From: Chrysemys picta bellii
Taxonomy: Eukaryota
Length of the DNA stretch: 64,000 nt
Direction of reading: 5' to 3'
Assembly (NCBI RefSeq): GCF_011386835.1
Contig: NC_088800.1
Coordinates: 868,001-932,000, forward strand
Shown here: piece after piece, positions 37,401 through 47,700 of the stretch
How positions within the stretch are numbered: position 1 is the stretch's first letter
How the letters are laid out: each line of letters starts with the position of its first letter
The notes under the pieces: model-generated
Databases searched by the model: none
What the model was told of the DNA's origin: nothing
The model's input: the letters and a program-made list of their open reading frames with translations, nothing else
Made by a program: the position numbers and the translations under genes

Positions 37401-40400
37401 CAGGGATGGATGTGAGAGGAGGCCGGAGGCCTAGGCCAGGGTGCTCTGACCCGGGGCATAGTCAGGACAGGGATGGATGTGAGAGGAGGCCGGAGGCCCA
37501 AGCCAGGGTGCTCTGACCTGGGGCATAGTCAGGACAGGGATGGATGTGAGAGGAGGCCGGAGGCCCAGGCCAGGGTGCTCTGACCTGGGGCATAGTCAGG
37601 ACAGGGATGGATGTGAGAGGAGGCCGGAGGCCCAGGCCAGGGTGCTCTGACCTGGGGCATAGTCAGGACAGGGATGGATGTGAGAGGAGGCCGGAGGCCC
37701 AGGCCAGGGTGCTCTGACCTGGGGCATAGTCAGGACAGGGATGGACGTGAGAGGAGGCCGGAGGCCCAAGCCAGGGTGCTCTGACCCGGGGCATAGTCAG
37801 GACAGGGATGGATGTGAGAGGAGGCCGGAGGCCCAAGCCAGGGTGCTCTGACCCGGGGCATAGTCAGGACAGGGATGGACGTGAGAGGAGGCCGGAGGCC
37901 CAAGCCAGGGTGCTCTGACCCGGGGCATAGTCAGGACAGGGATGGATGTGAGAGGAGGCCGGAGGCCCAGGCCAGGGTGCTCTGACCTGGGGCATAGTCA
38001 GGACAGGGATGGACGTGAGAGGAGGCCGGAGGCCCAAGCCAGGGTGCTCTGACCCGGGGCATAGTCAGGACAGGGATGGATGTGAGAGGAGGCCGGAGGC
38101 CCAAGCCAGGGTGCTCTGACCCGGGGCATAGTCAGGACAGGGATGGACGTGAGAGGAGGCCGGAGGCCCAAGCAAGAGTGCTCTGACCCGGGGCATAGTC
38201 AGGACAGGGATGGATGTGAGAGGAGGCCGGAGGCCCAGGCCAGGGTGCTCTGACCTGGGGCATAGTCAGGACAGGGATGGACGTGAGAGGAGGCCAGAGA
38301 TTGCCGCACACTGATTGGCTCCAATGCCAGCTGCTGGGCGCCTCAATTTTGAAAGTCAGGCCACTTATTTAGATGCCTAAATATGAAGCTGGAGCTGCTT
38401 CAGGCCCCAGTTTGAATACCCTGTCCACAGATTATTGATCCATCTGCCTGTGAACTGACGCCTCACCACACGCTGCTGTGATCCCTTCCAGCGCTCTTCT
38501 GGCTTGTGTGCTGAAAGCCCCCCACCCCCGCCCGCCCCAGCAAAGGGCAAGGCCAGGGGTGCTTGTGTGCTGGGAGGCAGGCAGCCGAGTCCACGGCACC
38601 ACTGCAGACACATGGCCAGTCCGTCCCTCCTAGGCCAGCACTGAGCCTCGCGCTCCGCCTGGGGACGGCCAGGTCCTGCACACCACCCTGAAGGACCCCT
38701 CCAGCTGACCAAGGAGGGGTGCGCATGGACTGTCAGGGGAAATCCCACAGAATCACAGAAGTCAGAGGCAAAAATGACCTTTTAGGCTCATCCCTCTGCC
38801 CACTGAGGGGCAGGGCAGGATTCCTTTGCAGTCTATTTCCCGGGGCTTAGTCCAATTCAGATTTAAATCCCTCCAGGGATGGGGCTCCTACCCCTTCCCT
38901 GAGGAGAACGATTCCACAACCTAATACAACGCGATTACATTCCGAGATCTGGGACTCTCTAAATACAGAGCCACATCTTCTTACATCCCAAGGAAGGCTA
39001 CTGAGGCCCAGAGTCAGCAGCGGATGCTCCAGAAAGCATTTTCCCCATGGAAGCTAAGTTCAGTGGTTCCCACTACCCTGACCTCCCTTCCCTGCAGACA
39101 GCGTCCACCTGTCCTGCTGCTGGCTGGCCTGGCAGTGCTGGTCACTCACTCAGCAGGCAGGCACCAGGTGCGGGGGAAGATGCTGTACTCCTTGGGGAAG
39201 AGTTTGAGCATGCGGTTGAGGTTGCGGGCCAGCAGGTCCTTCCGGCAGATCTCTGTCATCCCCGGGAAATGGTTGATTTTCTGAAACAATGTGCAGCGGA
39301 AAGGACAAGTCAGCAAAAGGAGCAGAAGTGATAACCCTTCAGAGCCAATGTGAGTCGGTTCAGGGAAGAACAGGACAGGAAGACAGCTGCCCTGCTAGGT
39401 GTGCTTACTCTGAGCCCCAGCAGCGTGAGATGTGTTCCCTCTTCTCTCAAACCTGTGGCTTCCGCTCTCCAAGAACAGCATGATTCATGGAGCGGAGCAG
39501 CTGATCAACAAGAACCATGAGCTGAACAAGGACTCAGCAACAGAGGATGGCAGCTCTCCAGCTGTCCTTCAACCTGTGGCTGATGGCACCACCTCAGGGG
39601 TACTAACGGGGCAAAGGCTCGGGGTGCTGCCGGGATCCTGCTCTCCCTGGTACAGACATGGATAGGCTGTGGGGATTGTCCCATAGGTAATAGAAGGGTA
39701 GCACCGATGCTGACCTTGGATACTCTACTTCACTGAACCACATGACATCCAACCAACTCCTCCCTCGTCCTCCTTGCCTGAGCTCCTCCCACTCGTGGTC
39801 TGTCCACGGAGGGGTCTTTACCTGAAACCTCTTCATGTCCATGACGCGCTCCAGAGAGACCGAGCAGTCAGTCCAGTACACCGTCCACTCCTCATCCTCC
39901 CCCACTTCTTTTAGGCCACAGTGTCGGGCCGCACGCCGCACTGTAGCAAAACAAGCACATGGCAAGAGGCATCTCCAAGTGGGGCATGGGAGATGGGCCC
40001 CAAGAGTTCACACATCTCTCAGCTGAAGTAGATGGGAAGAGGCAGGCAAAGGAAGGAACGCCCCAGGACTTCCACCCACACCTCCAAAGGGGAGAAAGAC
40101 ACGGTGGGACCCTGGGGAAAGCAGAAGGAACATACCCCTCCCTTAGCTGAACTGTCCACTGGATCTCACTCCTGGACTAATGAAATATGTCAACCCTGGA
40201 AGCGCATTTGTCTGGTGGTCCCAGGAAGGGGGCAGAGGCCTGATCCCAGATCTTTGGAGGTGCCCAGTTCACCTCAGCTTCTTAGAAGGTGCCCATCATC
40301 ATAGTATCTGGCACCTCCCAGAGGGGAGGCATCCAGTGCCCACCATTCCATCTAGAAACTCTGTGTTCTCTCCACAGCAGATGAGACTGTAACTTTCAGT

Positions 40401-43037
40401 ACAGCGATTGTGCTCCATAATACGGAACTTGTGTATAATTGGCATTAACCAATAACTGCCAATAGCCACCTGGACAGAGATGCTGTCATATGTATTCTAA
40501 CACCATTCCCTCCCACAGAGAGGTTTAAGGTGAGAATCCTAAACCACCTGCCCAAAGTTCATTCCTGGAGGCACTGGCTGGAGGGGAGGGGAGGGGTCTC
40601 CTGCACAGATCCAGCTCAGGCCAGTCATATATGCAAATCACTGCCATCCCAGGCTGCTCAGTGTTCTACTGTAAGTGAAAGGAGTGCATAGTTTTCAATG
40701 CACGAGTGTCAACACTGCAAACATCTGCCTCACAATTGGCACTACCTGAGCCCCTGTTGGCAATCTCGGTAGAGAATGTGCTATGGAGACTAAACTCCCC
40801 AGGCATCCCTAGAGGGGTAGGGCTCTCCAGACCAGGGGTGAGACGCACTGTCAGAGCCAGTGTGGGTGGGAAGCTCCCAGTGCTGTGACCAGAGCTGTAC
40901 CCACTAAATGCAGAGAGAGCTTCAGCCCGAAGTCTGGTCAAGCTGGCATTTTTCACCAGGGCAAAAGTCACTTCCAAAACAGCAATGAATCCATTAAAGC
41001 CATTGCGCAGCCCAAACCCAGTGCTACCAGCCTTCTCCAGCCGGGGGGGGGGTGGGGGTGTCCCACAGCACTTGCCACAGTGAGATATGGTCTGAACAGG
41101 AGCGCTGGCTTGCCTTCCACTCACCGCTCTCATACTTGCAGTTGGTCAGGTTGATAGACAGCAGCCTGGAATGGAGAGAGAGGAGAAAGCAATGGCTTAG
41201 TGCAGACATGCCCCAGTCACCAGAGTGGGCAGGCTCTAGGGAGCTATTCCTAGCCAGCTTTCCTGAAGGACCCCACCCTTTGTCCTCCTAGTCTGAGCAG
41301 CCCTTGTGCTGCCGTTAGATGGCAGCTCCCAGGCCAGCTAGGATGACAGAACTAAAGAAACATTTTGCAGATTTTGTTTTGTGAATTCTAGATCCCAGAG
41401 ACATGATGTCATCACAGCCCAAACTTCTCTTTTATGTGCATTTGGTTTCCCATACACAGCAACTTGTGCAACCATGGTGATTTAACGATGTCTATCTGCA
41501 CAGAAGCACTTAGCAAACCTGCTCTGGTCCCAGCACAGGGCAGACAGGCCTGGAGCAAGGAATGGAAGGTGGGTTCCCATTCAGAATTCCACATTGGGGG
41601 AATTTGAGTGACTCGAGATTCCTTCTCTGATTTTGAACATCCCCCAAAGACCCCAATAGGTTCCAGGCCCCAAAATTCAGAGCTGCCCATTATTCATTCT
41701 ACTTTTGTCTGCTGTTTTTTGAAGGGTGTTTGATGGTAAGTGGCTGAGGCCTGGCACACATGTTCTCCCTGGCCACTACTCACCAAATGCTTGTTTTTCA
41801 TATGAATAAACAAGCTAACTGAACATTTCTTACAGGGGATAATATCCGTTTCTCCCTTTGCATTTGAGGACAGGTCTAGAATAAATTAGGTAAAAAGTGT
41901 TCCCTGATGCCCCAGTGGTAATGCTCAAACTTTGCCCACTTCAGGCTCAGATTTTCAGAACTGCATGTGCAAAAACCCATCGGCATAATTCATGCATACC
42001 AATTGTCAGTCAAGCAGGTAACTGGTTAGTTGTTCATACACTTCCTGCAATTGTGCACACGGCTGTATTTGCACATAGAAACTGTGCACAATTTTTGCAA
42101 TCTGGCCTTTGATGTGCATAAAATAGAGCAGATTGCAACTGACCTCATCTTCAGCATAGAGGTGGCAGCTAGAGCCTTGACAGGTCACAACATGCATGCA
42201 ATGGTCCATCCAGAGCTGACTGGATGCAGATCCATCACACAGGCTTCCCAAAGAAGGAAACAACAATTCCCATCAGCCCCATCCCACTGCATTTCCCTTT
42301 CCCCTAGGCAGGTCCTGAACTAAGATGTGGCCAGGTTCTGTTTTGGGAATGGGAGCTGCACAGCAGCAGGAGAGAAGCCCCAGACTCTGTGGACAGAGAC
42401 ACATGCGGAACAGGCTGAGACTGCCAGATGATACAGCTGTGTGCAGGTCTGTATGGTACTCATGGAGGAACAGTAGCTGGGCAGGAAGCCAGGGCACCGG
42501 GGCCCCAATAAGAGCCACTAACTGAGCGTGGCTTGGAACCCTGCAAGCACTTATTGGCTGGAACAGAGACTAGATTCTAGGGGGCACCCCGCAGGGACTA
42601 AGTTGGGGTCATGGATCAGCATTCATGACGCACTCCCCGTCAGTACCCAGCCCAAGCCGGGAAGCTAATGATCCAATCAGTGGACCAAACTGATGATGAA
42701 TGCTGGTCACGGGCCACCTGAGGCATGTTGTGCATATGCTAAGAAGATAAAAATGGGGGGCTGGAGACAACCTCAAACAGTCCAGTCCTCTGCGCTGAGG
42801 CAGGACCAAGTGAACCTAGATCACCCCTGACAGGTGTTTGTCCAACCTGCTCTTCAAAACCTCCAATGATGGGGATTCTACAACCTCCCTTGGAAGCCTA
42901 ATCTGGAGTTTATCTCCCTGGCTGCAGATTAAGCCCATTATTTCTTGTCCTATCTCCAGTGAACATGGAGAACAATTGATCACCAGCCTCTTTATAACAG
43001 CTCTTAACATAATTGAAGCCTGTGATCAGATCCCCCA

Positions 43038-43072
<35 letters not shown>

Positions 43073-44225
43073 CTTCTTTTCTCAGGACTAAACATACATT
43101 GTTTAACCTTTCCCCATGGGTCAGTTTTTCTAAACCTTTTATCACTTTTTTGCTCTCCTGTGGAGTCACTCCAACTTGTCCACTTCTTTCCCAATGTTTG
43201 GTGCCCAGAATTGGACACAGTGCTCCAGCTGAGGCCTCAATAGTGCTGAGCAGAGAAGGTGAACTAACATCAACTAACTGCTGCACACAATTACCTCCTG
43301 TGTCTTACTGTCATACTGATGAGTCTTGACGCCTGACTGGACAGCCCCAGGGCCCAAACCAGAACCGCTACCAGACACTTTGCATTCTAACTGCCCAAGT
43401 CTCTATAGCTAATGTATCTGCAAACTTTCCTGCCAGCCCTAGAAAAATACCCTTTCACATTAGCCATGTTTCTGAGTGGTTTCAGAGTAGCAGCCGTGAA
43501 GTGGGCTGTAGTCCACGAAAGCTTATGCTCTAATAAATTTGTTAGTCTCTAAGGTGCCACAAGTACTCCTGTTCTTCATGTTTCTGAGTGGTTATCGGGA
43601 CCACCAGGGCTAGTGCCTACAAGGCCCAGATGCTGAAGCATCTCCAGTGTTTGCTTCTGAGTTGTGGTACACCTGGCACATGACTGGAAGCCTGCGGGTG
43701 TGGGGTAGTGGGCAGCCACAATAATTACACCTGAAATGTAATTTCATCCTGAGATAAGTGGCCTTTGAGTGCCCCTGAAACAGGCAGTAAATAAAAACGC
43801 AGTGGGCAGCTGGCCACACAGACTGCTGGCTCCTCTTTGGGTCTAGCGGGACAGTGAGGTCCGGTGGGCCTAGGTGACAGCCTGAGGAACACATGGAAGT
43901 AGAAGGCAGAGGAAGGCAATGAGGAAACTCACCTGTGTTTTCTCTTTTTCTTTCTTGGAGTGGTCTCTGCTTCACAGTCTTCTGGCATTTGTTCTTCCAG
44001 ATGGATCAGTGAGACAGTCAGCAGATCACTTTTCCCATCTGAACTCTTGTGCCCTAGGCATGTGTCCTCTGTCTCAAAAGCTCCCTCCTGAGGAGTGCCA
44101 TCCTGCTGCATATCTTTACTTCCTCCACCCAGTCTCTTAATGTGTTCATTTGCAAACTCTTCTTCTTCCTCCTCTTCCTCAGTATCATTCTCTGATTTGC
44201 TGCTGTCACTGGAGTTCATCTTCAT
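25421..44225 (-). CDS. TTLL13: Tubulin polyglutamylase TTLL13 (TTLL6/13 elongase subfamily), 14 coding exons, about 858-860 aa
   Basis: Exons: 43933-44225 (in-frame ATGs at 44252, 44225, 44219; acidic N-terminus, KKKRKHR), 41125-41165 ([13 protein letters not shown]), 39822-39940 ([18 protein letters not shown]), 39150-39280 ([21 protein letters not shown]), 36762-36918 ([14 protein letters not shown]), 36362-36505 ([14 protein letters not shown]), 34916-35001 ([10 protein letters not shown]), 34279-34504 ([12 protein letters not shown]), 33501-33685 ([11 protein letters not shown]), 32043-32231, 31362-31545, 30791-30991, 26717-27089 ([22 protein letters not shown]), 25421-25674 (CTFPS...SAPIVQRS...HHR*). 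Phases close without frameshift. The last two exons rest on weaker homology but have strong splice sites. Confidence 0.92.
27170..27435 (-). mobile_element. CR1 LINE 3' end fragment
   Basis: Starts CATAGACTTTAAGGTCAGAA (reverse of a CR1 tail) and ends GGGGGAAATTTCTTCCCAACCCC. Confidence 0.65.
27509..28015 (-). mobile_element. CR1 LINE 3' fragment (older)
   Basis: AGAAGGGACCATTGTGATTCTCTGGTCTGACCTCCTG, CCACCATGTCCCTTGGTAA and TCTAATCTGAATTTGTCT are typical antisense CR1 3' sequence. Confidence 0.65.
28519..29283 (+). mobile_element. 5'-truncated Penelope-like retroelement: GIY-YIG endonuclease C-terminus plus 3' pLTR
   Basis: Open frame to the stop at 28981 reads [18 protein letters not shown]...[40 protein letters not shown]...HFNLPGHS...[13 protein letters not shown] (PLE-type GIY-YIG with Cys/His motif). 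It is followed by the pLTR ending GTTAGTCTCTAAGGTGCCACAAG. Confidence 0.9.
29200..29239 (+). ncRNA. Minimal type-I hammerhead ribozyme motif in a Penelope pLTR (partly degenerate stem II)
   Basis: GCAT-CTGATGA-A-GTGGGT TTTA GCTCAT-GAAA-GC-TT-ATGC. Stem I is GCAT/ATGC, the core is CUGAUGA/GAAA, and a palindromic AGCT replaces stem III. Confidence 0.6.
32950..33125. mobile_element. hAT-superfamily MITE, 176 bp
   Basis: Perfect TIRs TAGGGTTGCCAAC / GTTGGCAACCCTA and a perfect 8-bp TSD TGGAGAAG (32942-32949, 33126-33133). Confidence 0.92.
35641..35765. mobile_element. Degenerate hAT-like MITE, about 125 bp
   Basis: Ends ..AGCCCTGC / GCAGGGCTCTA; internal GCGGATAT / ATCC repeats; flanks GGCATGTG / GGTATGCG (6/8). 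Confidence 0.55.
35895..36065 (+). mobile_element. Turtle tRNA-derived SINE (second subfamily)
   Basis: GGGAGGGATAGCTCAGTGG...GTGAGTTCAATCC head; body AATCAGTACTTGGTCCTGCTAGTGAAGG...GGACTCGATGACC. Confidence 0.88.
37331..38298. repeat. Highly homogeneous 67-bp minisatellite, about 14.4 copies, in a TTLL13 intron
   Basis: Unit CAGGGATGGA(T/C)GTGAGAGGAGGCCGGAGGCCCA(G/A)GCCAGGGTGCTCTGACC(T/C)GGGGCATAGTCAGGA; unit starts at 37401, 37468, 37535 give the 67-bp period. Confidence 0.96.
38745..38930 (-). mobile_element. CR1 3' end fragment
   Basis: CACAGAATCACAGAAG tail, then TCCAGGGATGGGGCTCCCTACCCCTTCCCT...ATTCCACAACCT. Confidence 0.6.
42810..43300 (-). mobile_element. CR1 LINE 3' ORF2 fragment containing a (CA)n microsatellite (43037-43069)
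   Basis: The minus-strand frame encodes [24 protein letters not shown] (CR1 ORF2 C-terminus); CCCAGAATTGGACACAG is also present. Confidence 0.85.
43482..43576 (+). mobile_element. 95-bp Penelope pLTR mini-insertion with 5' inversion and 17-bp TSD
   Basis: TSD CATGTTTCTGAGTGGTT at 43465-43481 and 43577-43593. The insert is the inverted pLTR end (TCAGAGTAGCAGCCGTG) joined to sense AAGTGGGCTGTAGTCCACGAAAGCTTATGC...GTTCTT. Confidence 0.85.
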
Positions 44226-45665
44226 TCCGTTAGCTACTCTTACAAGTTGCATATGAAGGAACTAGTCAGTATGTCATGTGCAAGATAACCTGAACTACAG
44301 CTTGTACCAGCTTAAACTACCAGCACCAGGTAATATCAGAGTGTCCCAACCCCAGCCAAGGCCCAGGCATAGGCAAGTTCTAGCAAGTCCTTTCTCTTAT
44401 ACCTGTCTGCCCTTTTCTCCTGGCCTACCCCAGCAATGACCCAGGGAGTCAGCCTTGCCTCTCTCTGCCCTTGTTCCCCAGCAAGCCTTCCACCCACAGA
44501 AGCTGTTCCTTTTTCCTTTCCTTTCCCTCTATGCCAGGTTACAGAGATCACATGAACTCACTAGTGCACACTGAAGATCAGATTAGACTCTTGAAGAAAT
44601 GATTTCAGGAGCTCTGCCTGGGGCTATTTCTAGGGAAGACCCACCTGTGTGATAATCGAATAAGCAGCAGCTCCTGTACCTCCAAAATACCTAAGAGGCT
44701 TGACCGTGATGTCCCTCTCTGTAGAAACTACTGCATGTAGGCAGCGTACAGGGCAAAGGGTGACCCTTTATACTGTGTCACTAATCACTTTTATACACTG
44801 TTGGATTGCCACACACAAACTGACAGGCTTAGAGTCATGTCACCTAACGTTTGGCCCCCATTGCCCTCCCAGTTAACAGGTTTTGGCACAATAGCTTTCC
44901 AGTGCAAACATCTGCGCCAGTCACTGTCCATTCTTCTACACTTGCACTCACTCCCTTGGATGAGGGATGTGTCTACCCACACCCACCTGCTCCTTACTTC
45001 CCCCTTTTCTAAGATCCCAAGAATACATCTGAATGCTTAGCCAGATGCATTGTCGGATGGGTCAGTGAGCTGCTGCTTGGACAAGCCACACATGCAAGTC
45101 CCAGCCCCACCCTCCATTCAGGTCCAAGGTCATTGGAATGATTTATGTGGAAATAAATGACCTTTATATAATAACCAGCAATGCCTATGAGGCCAGTCTG
45201 GCATGGTGCGATATGGGGCTCCGAGTTCAGGTTATGTTTACACATAAGCATCTTTAACATATACGCCATCTAGGAGCGCAGTGGTGCACACAAGCCAGCT
45301 TACTGCACTGTTCACTGGCAGAAAGTCAGAGGGGATTTAGGACAAGGCTGACTGCTTGCAGCTCCTTAGACTTAGAATGCCAGCATGTGCTGGCTGACAG
45401 GCAGCAATGTCAGTGACGGGCAAGGAAAATCTGCCCTTACAATAGCCTGGGCAAGCACAGAGGAAACAATGTAACATGGGGTTCTGAGGCCTATGCTGTC
45501 ACTTGAACACGGTTCGTAGGTACGACAGCAATGGGCACCCTGGAAATATAACAGAAAGACAGACTGGCTTCCCATTGCAGCACACTGGAGCTATGCAGTA
45601 ACTTTCCCTGTGATAAGAAGAACAGCAGTACTTGTGGCACCTTAGAGACTAACAAATTTATTAGA

Positions 45666-45705
45666 GCATAAGCTTTCGTGGACTACAGCCCACTTCTTCG
45701 GATGC
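45666..45705 (-). ncRNA. Minimal type-I hammerhead ribozyme motif (Penelope pLTR), sense to TTLL13
   Basis: The minus strand reads GCAT CCGAAGA A GTGGGC TGTA GTCCAC GAAA GC TT ATGC. Confidence 0.65.
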
Positions 45706-45983
45706 ATATAGAATGGAACATATAATGAGGAGATATATATACACACATACAGAGAGCATAAACAGGTGGAAGTTGTCTTACCAACTCTGAGAGGCCAATT
45801 AATTAAGAGAAAAAAAACTTTTGAAGTGATAATCAAGCTAGCCGAGTACAGACAGTGTGATAAGAAGTGTGAGAGTACTTACAAGGGGAGATAGAGTCAA
45901 TGTTTGTAATGGCTCAGCCATTCCCAGTCCTTATTAATAAATCACAACAACATTTCTAGTACCTTTAGGGCTCAGAACATACT

Positions 45984-46155
45984 CATAGGATATCAGGGTT
46001 GGAAGGGACCTCAGGAGATCATCTAATCCAACCCCCCTGCTCAAAGCAGGACCAATCCCCAGACAGATTTTTACCCCAGTTCCCTAAATGGCCCCCTCAA
46101 GGACTGAACTCACAACCCTGGGTTTAGCAGGCCAATGCTCAAACCACTGAGCTAT
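45984..46155 (-). mobile_element. tRNA-derived SINE lacking about 9 nt at its 5' end, inside the Penelope composite
   Basis: Same subfamily as 24537-24724; joins the pLTR through a 2-nt AT overlap (GAGCT-AT-TATCAC). Confidence 0.88.
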
Positions 46156-46281
46156 TATCACTTCAAAAGTTTTTTTTCTCTTAATTAATTGGCCTCTCAG
46201 AGTTGGTAAGACAACTCCCACCTGTTTATGCTCTCTGTATGTGTGTATATATATCTCCTCATTATATGTTCCATTCTATAT

Positions 46282-46321
46282 GCATCCGAAGAAGTGGGCT
46301 GTAGTCCACGAAAGCTTATGC
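46282..46321 (+). ncRNA. Minimal type-I hammerhead ribozyme motif (Penelope pLTR)
   Basis: GCAT CCGAAGA A GTGGGC TGTA GTCCAC GAAA GC TT ATGC; predicted cleavage after 46317. Confidence 0.65.
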
Positions 46322-46775
46322 TCTAATAAATTTGTTAGTCTCTAAGGTGCCACAAGTACTCCTGTTCTTCTTTTTGCGGATACAGACTAACACGGCTGTT
46401 ACTCTGAAACTTTTCCCTGTGATGTGATGGGCCAGCAGCCAGTCCTAATGCAACCCAGGCCTTGCCTGTCATACGGAAGGTAACTGCACAGCCCCAGTGT
46501 GCTTCCTAGAACTATCTGCCAGAGCCACAGGGGGGCGCCCCAGCCTCCTGGGCGAGGCAGATGGGTGTGCCAGGTGTATGGGTAAGGCCTAACATCAGTG
46601 ACGGGCAGCATCACAGGAGGCCGACTGCTAGGACAGCCCAGAGTGCGGGTTCCGGCTCGGGGGTGGGCCAGGGAAGCAGGGGCCTGGTCCCCTCATCAAG
46701 GCTCATCACCACCCCCACGCCTCCCTGAGATGATCCACCTCACCCAGAAGGGAGATCTAACTCCTGCAATGCCCA

Positions 46776-47700
46776 TCCCCTGCTCCCCCAGGATGGGGTC
46801 CTCCCCCCCAGGGGGCCCTGCCCCTCCTCCCCCAGGATGGGATCCTCCCCCCCCAGTGGGTCCTGCCCCTCCTCCCCCAGGATGGGGTCCTCCCCCCCAG
46901 GGGGCCCTGCCCCTGCTCCCCCAGGATGGGGTCCTCCCCCCCCAGGGGGCCCTGCCCCTGCTCCCCCAGGATGGGGTCCTCCCCCCCCAGGGGGCCCTGC
47001 CCCTCCTCCCCCAGGATGGGATCCTCCCCCCCCCAGTGGGTCCTGCCCCTTCTCCCCCAGGATGGGATCCCCCCCCAAGTGGGTCCTGTCCCTCCTCCCC
47101 CAGGATGGGATCCCCCCCCCCAAGTGGGTCCTGTCCCTCCTCCCCCAGAATGGGATCCTCCCCCCCCAGGGGACCCTGCCCCTCCTCCCCCAGGATGGGA
47201 TCCTCCCCCCCCAGTGGGTCCTGTCCCTCCTCCCCCAGGATGGGATCCCCCCCAGGGGGCCCTGCCACATCCCCTGCTCCACCAGGATGGGATCCTCCCC
47301 CCCAGGGGGCCCTGCCCCTGCTCCCCCAGGATGGGGTCCTCCCCCCCCAGGGGGCCCTGCCCCTCCTCCCCCAGGATGGGATCCTCCCCCCCCAGTGGGT
47401 CCTGCCCCTTCTCCCCCAGGATGGGATCCCCCCCCCAAGTGGGTCCTGTCCCTCCTCCCCCAGGATGGGGTCCTGCCCCCCCAGGGGACCCTGCCCCTCC
47501 TCCCCCAGGATGGGGTCCTCCCCCCCCCCAGTGGGTCCTGCCCCTCCTCCCCCAGGATGGGATCCTCCCCCCCCAGGGGGCCCTGCCCCTCCTCCCCCAG
47601 GATGGGGTCCTGCCCCCCAGGGGGCCCTGCCCCTCCTCCCCCAGGATGGGATCCTCCCCCCCCCAGGGGGCCCTGCCCCATCCCCTGCTCTCCCCAAGGA
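46776..47700. repeat. C-rich about 44-bp minisatellite, about 21 copies, just inside the TTLL13 promoter
   Basis: Unit TGCCCCTCCTCCCCCAGGATGGG(G/A)TCCTCCCCCCCCAG(GGGGC/TGGGT)CC. Confidence 0.94.

Larger units (their letters stand above)
45615..46411. mobile_element. Composite Penelope insertion: inverted pLTR arm + short spacer + SINE + direct pLTR arm, bounded by a 12-bp TSD
   Basis: TSD TTTCCCTGTGAT at 45603-45614 and 46412-46423. The minus arm is 45615-about 45935 and includes the ORF end NKDWEWLSHYKH*. The plus arm is 46154-46411. The arms are inverted copies over 219 bp with 2 mismatches. Confidence 0.88.

Noticed and set aside
37331-38298. CRISPR-like regular array; also repeated TGACC(T/C) nuclear-receptor half-sites
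   Set aside because: Head-to-tail identical units with no unique spacers or cas genes, in a eukaryotic intron; the half-sites lack a well-matched partner.
40666-41133. 155-aa minus-strand ORF in a TTLL13 intron
   Set aside because: No ATG start, no recognisable homology and no supporting splice or polyA signals; compatible with chance in GC-rich DNA.
41942-42110. Possible old MITE (GGCTCAGATTTTCAG ... GCAATCTGGCC); similar fragments near 32630-32730 and 38330-38400
   Set aside because: Too degenerate to define ends or a TSD.
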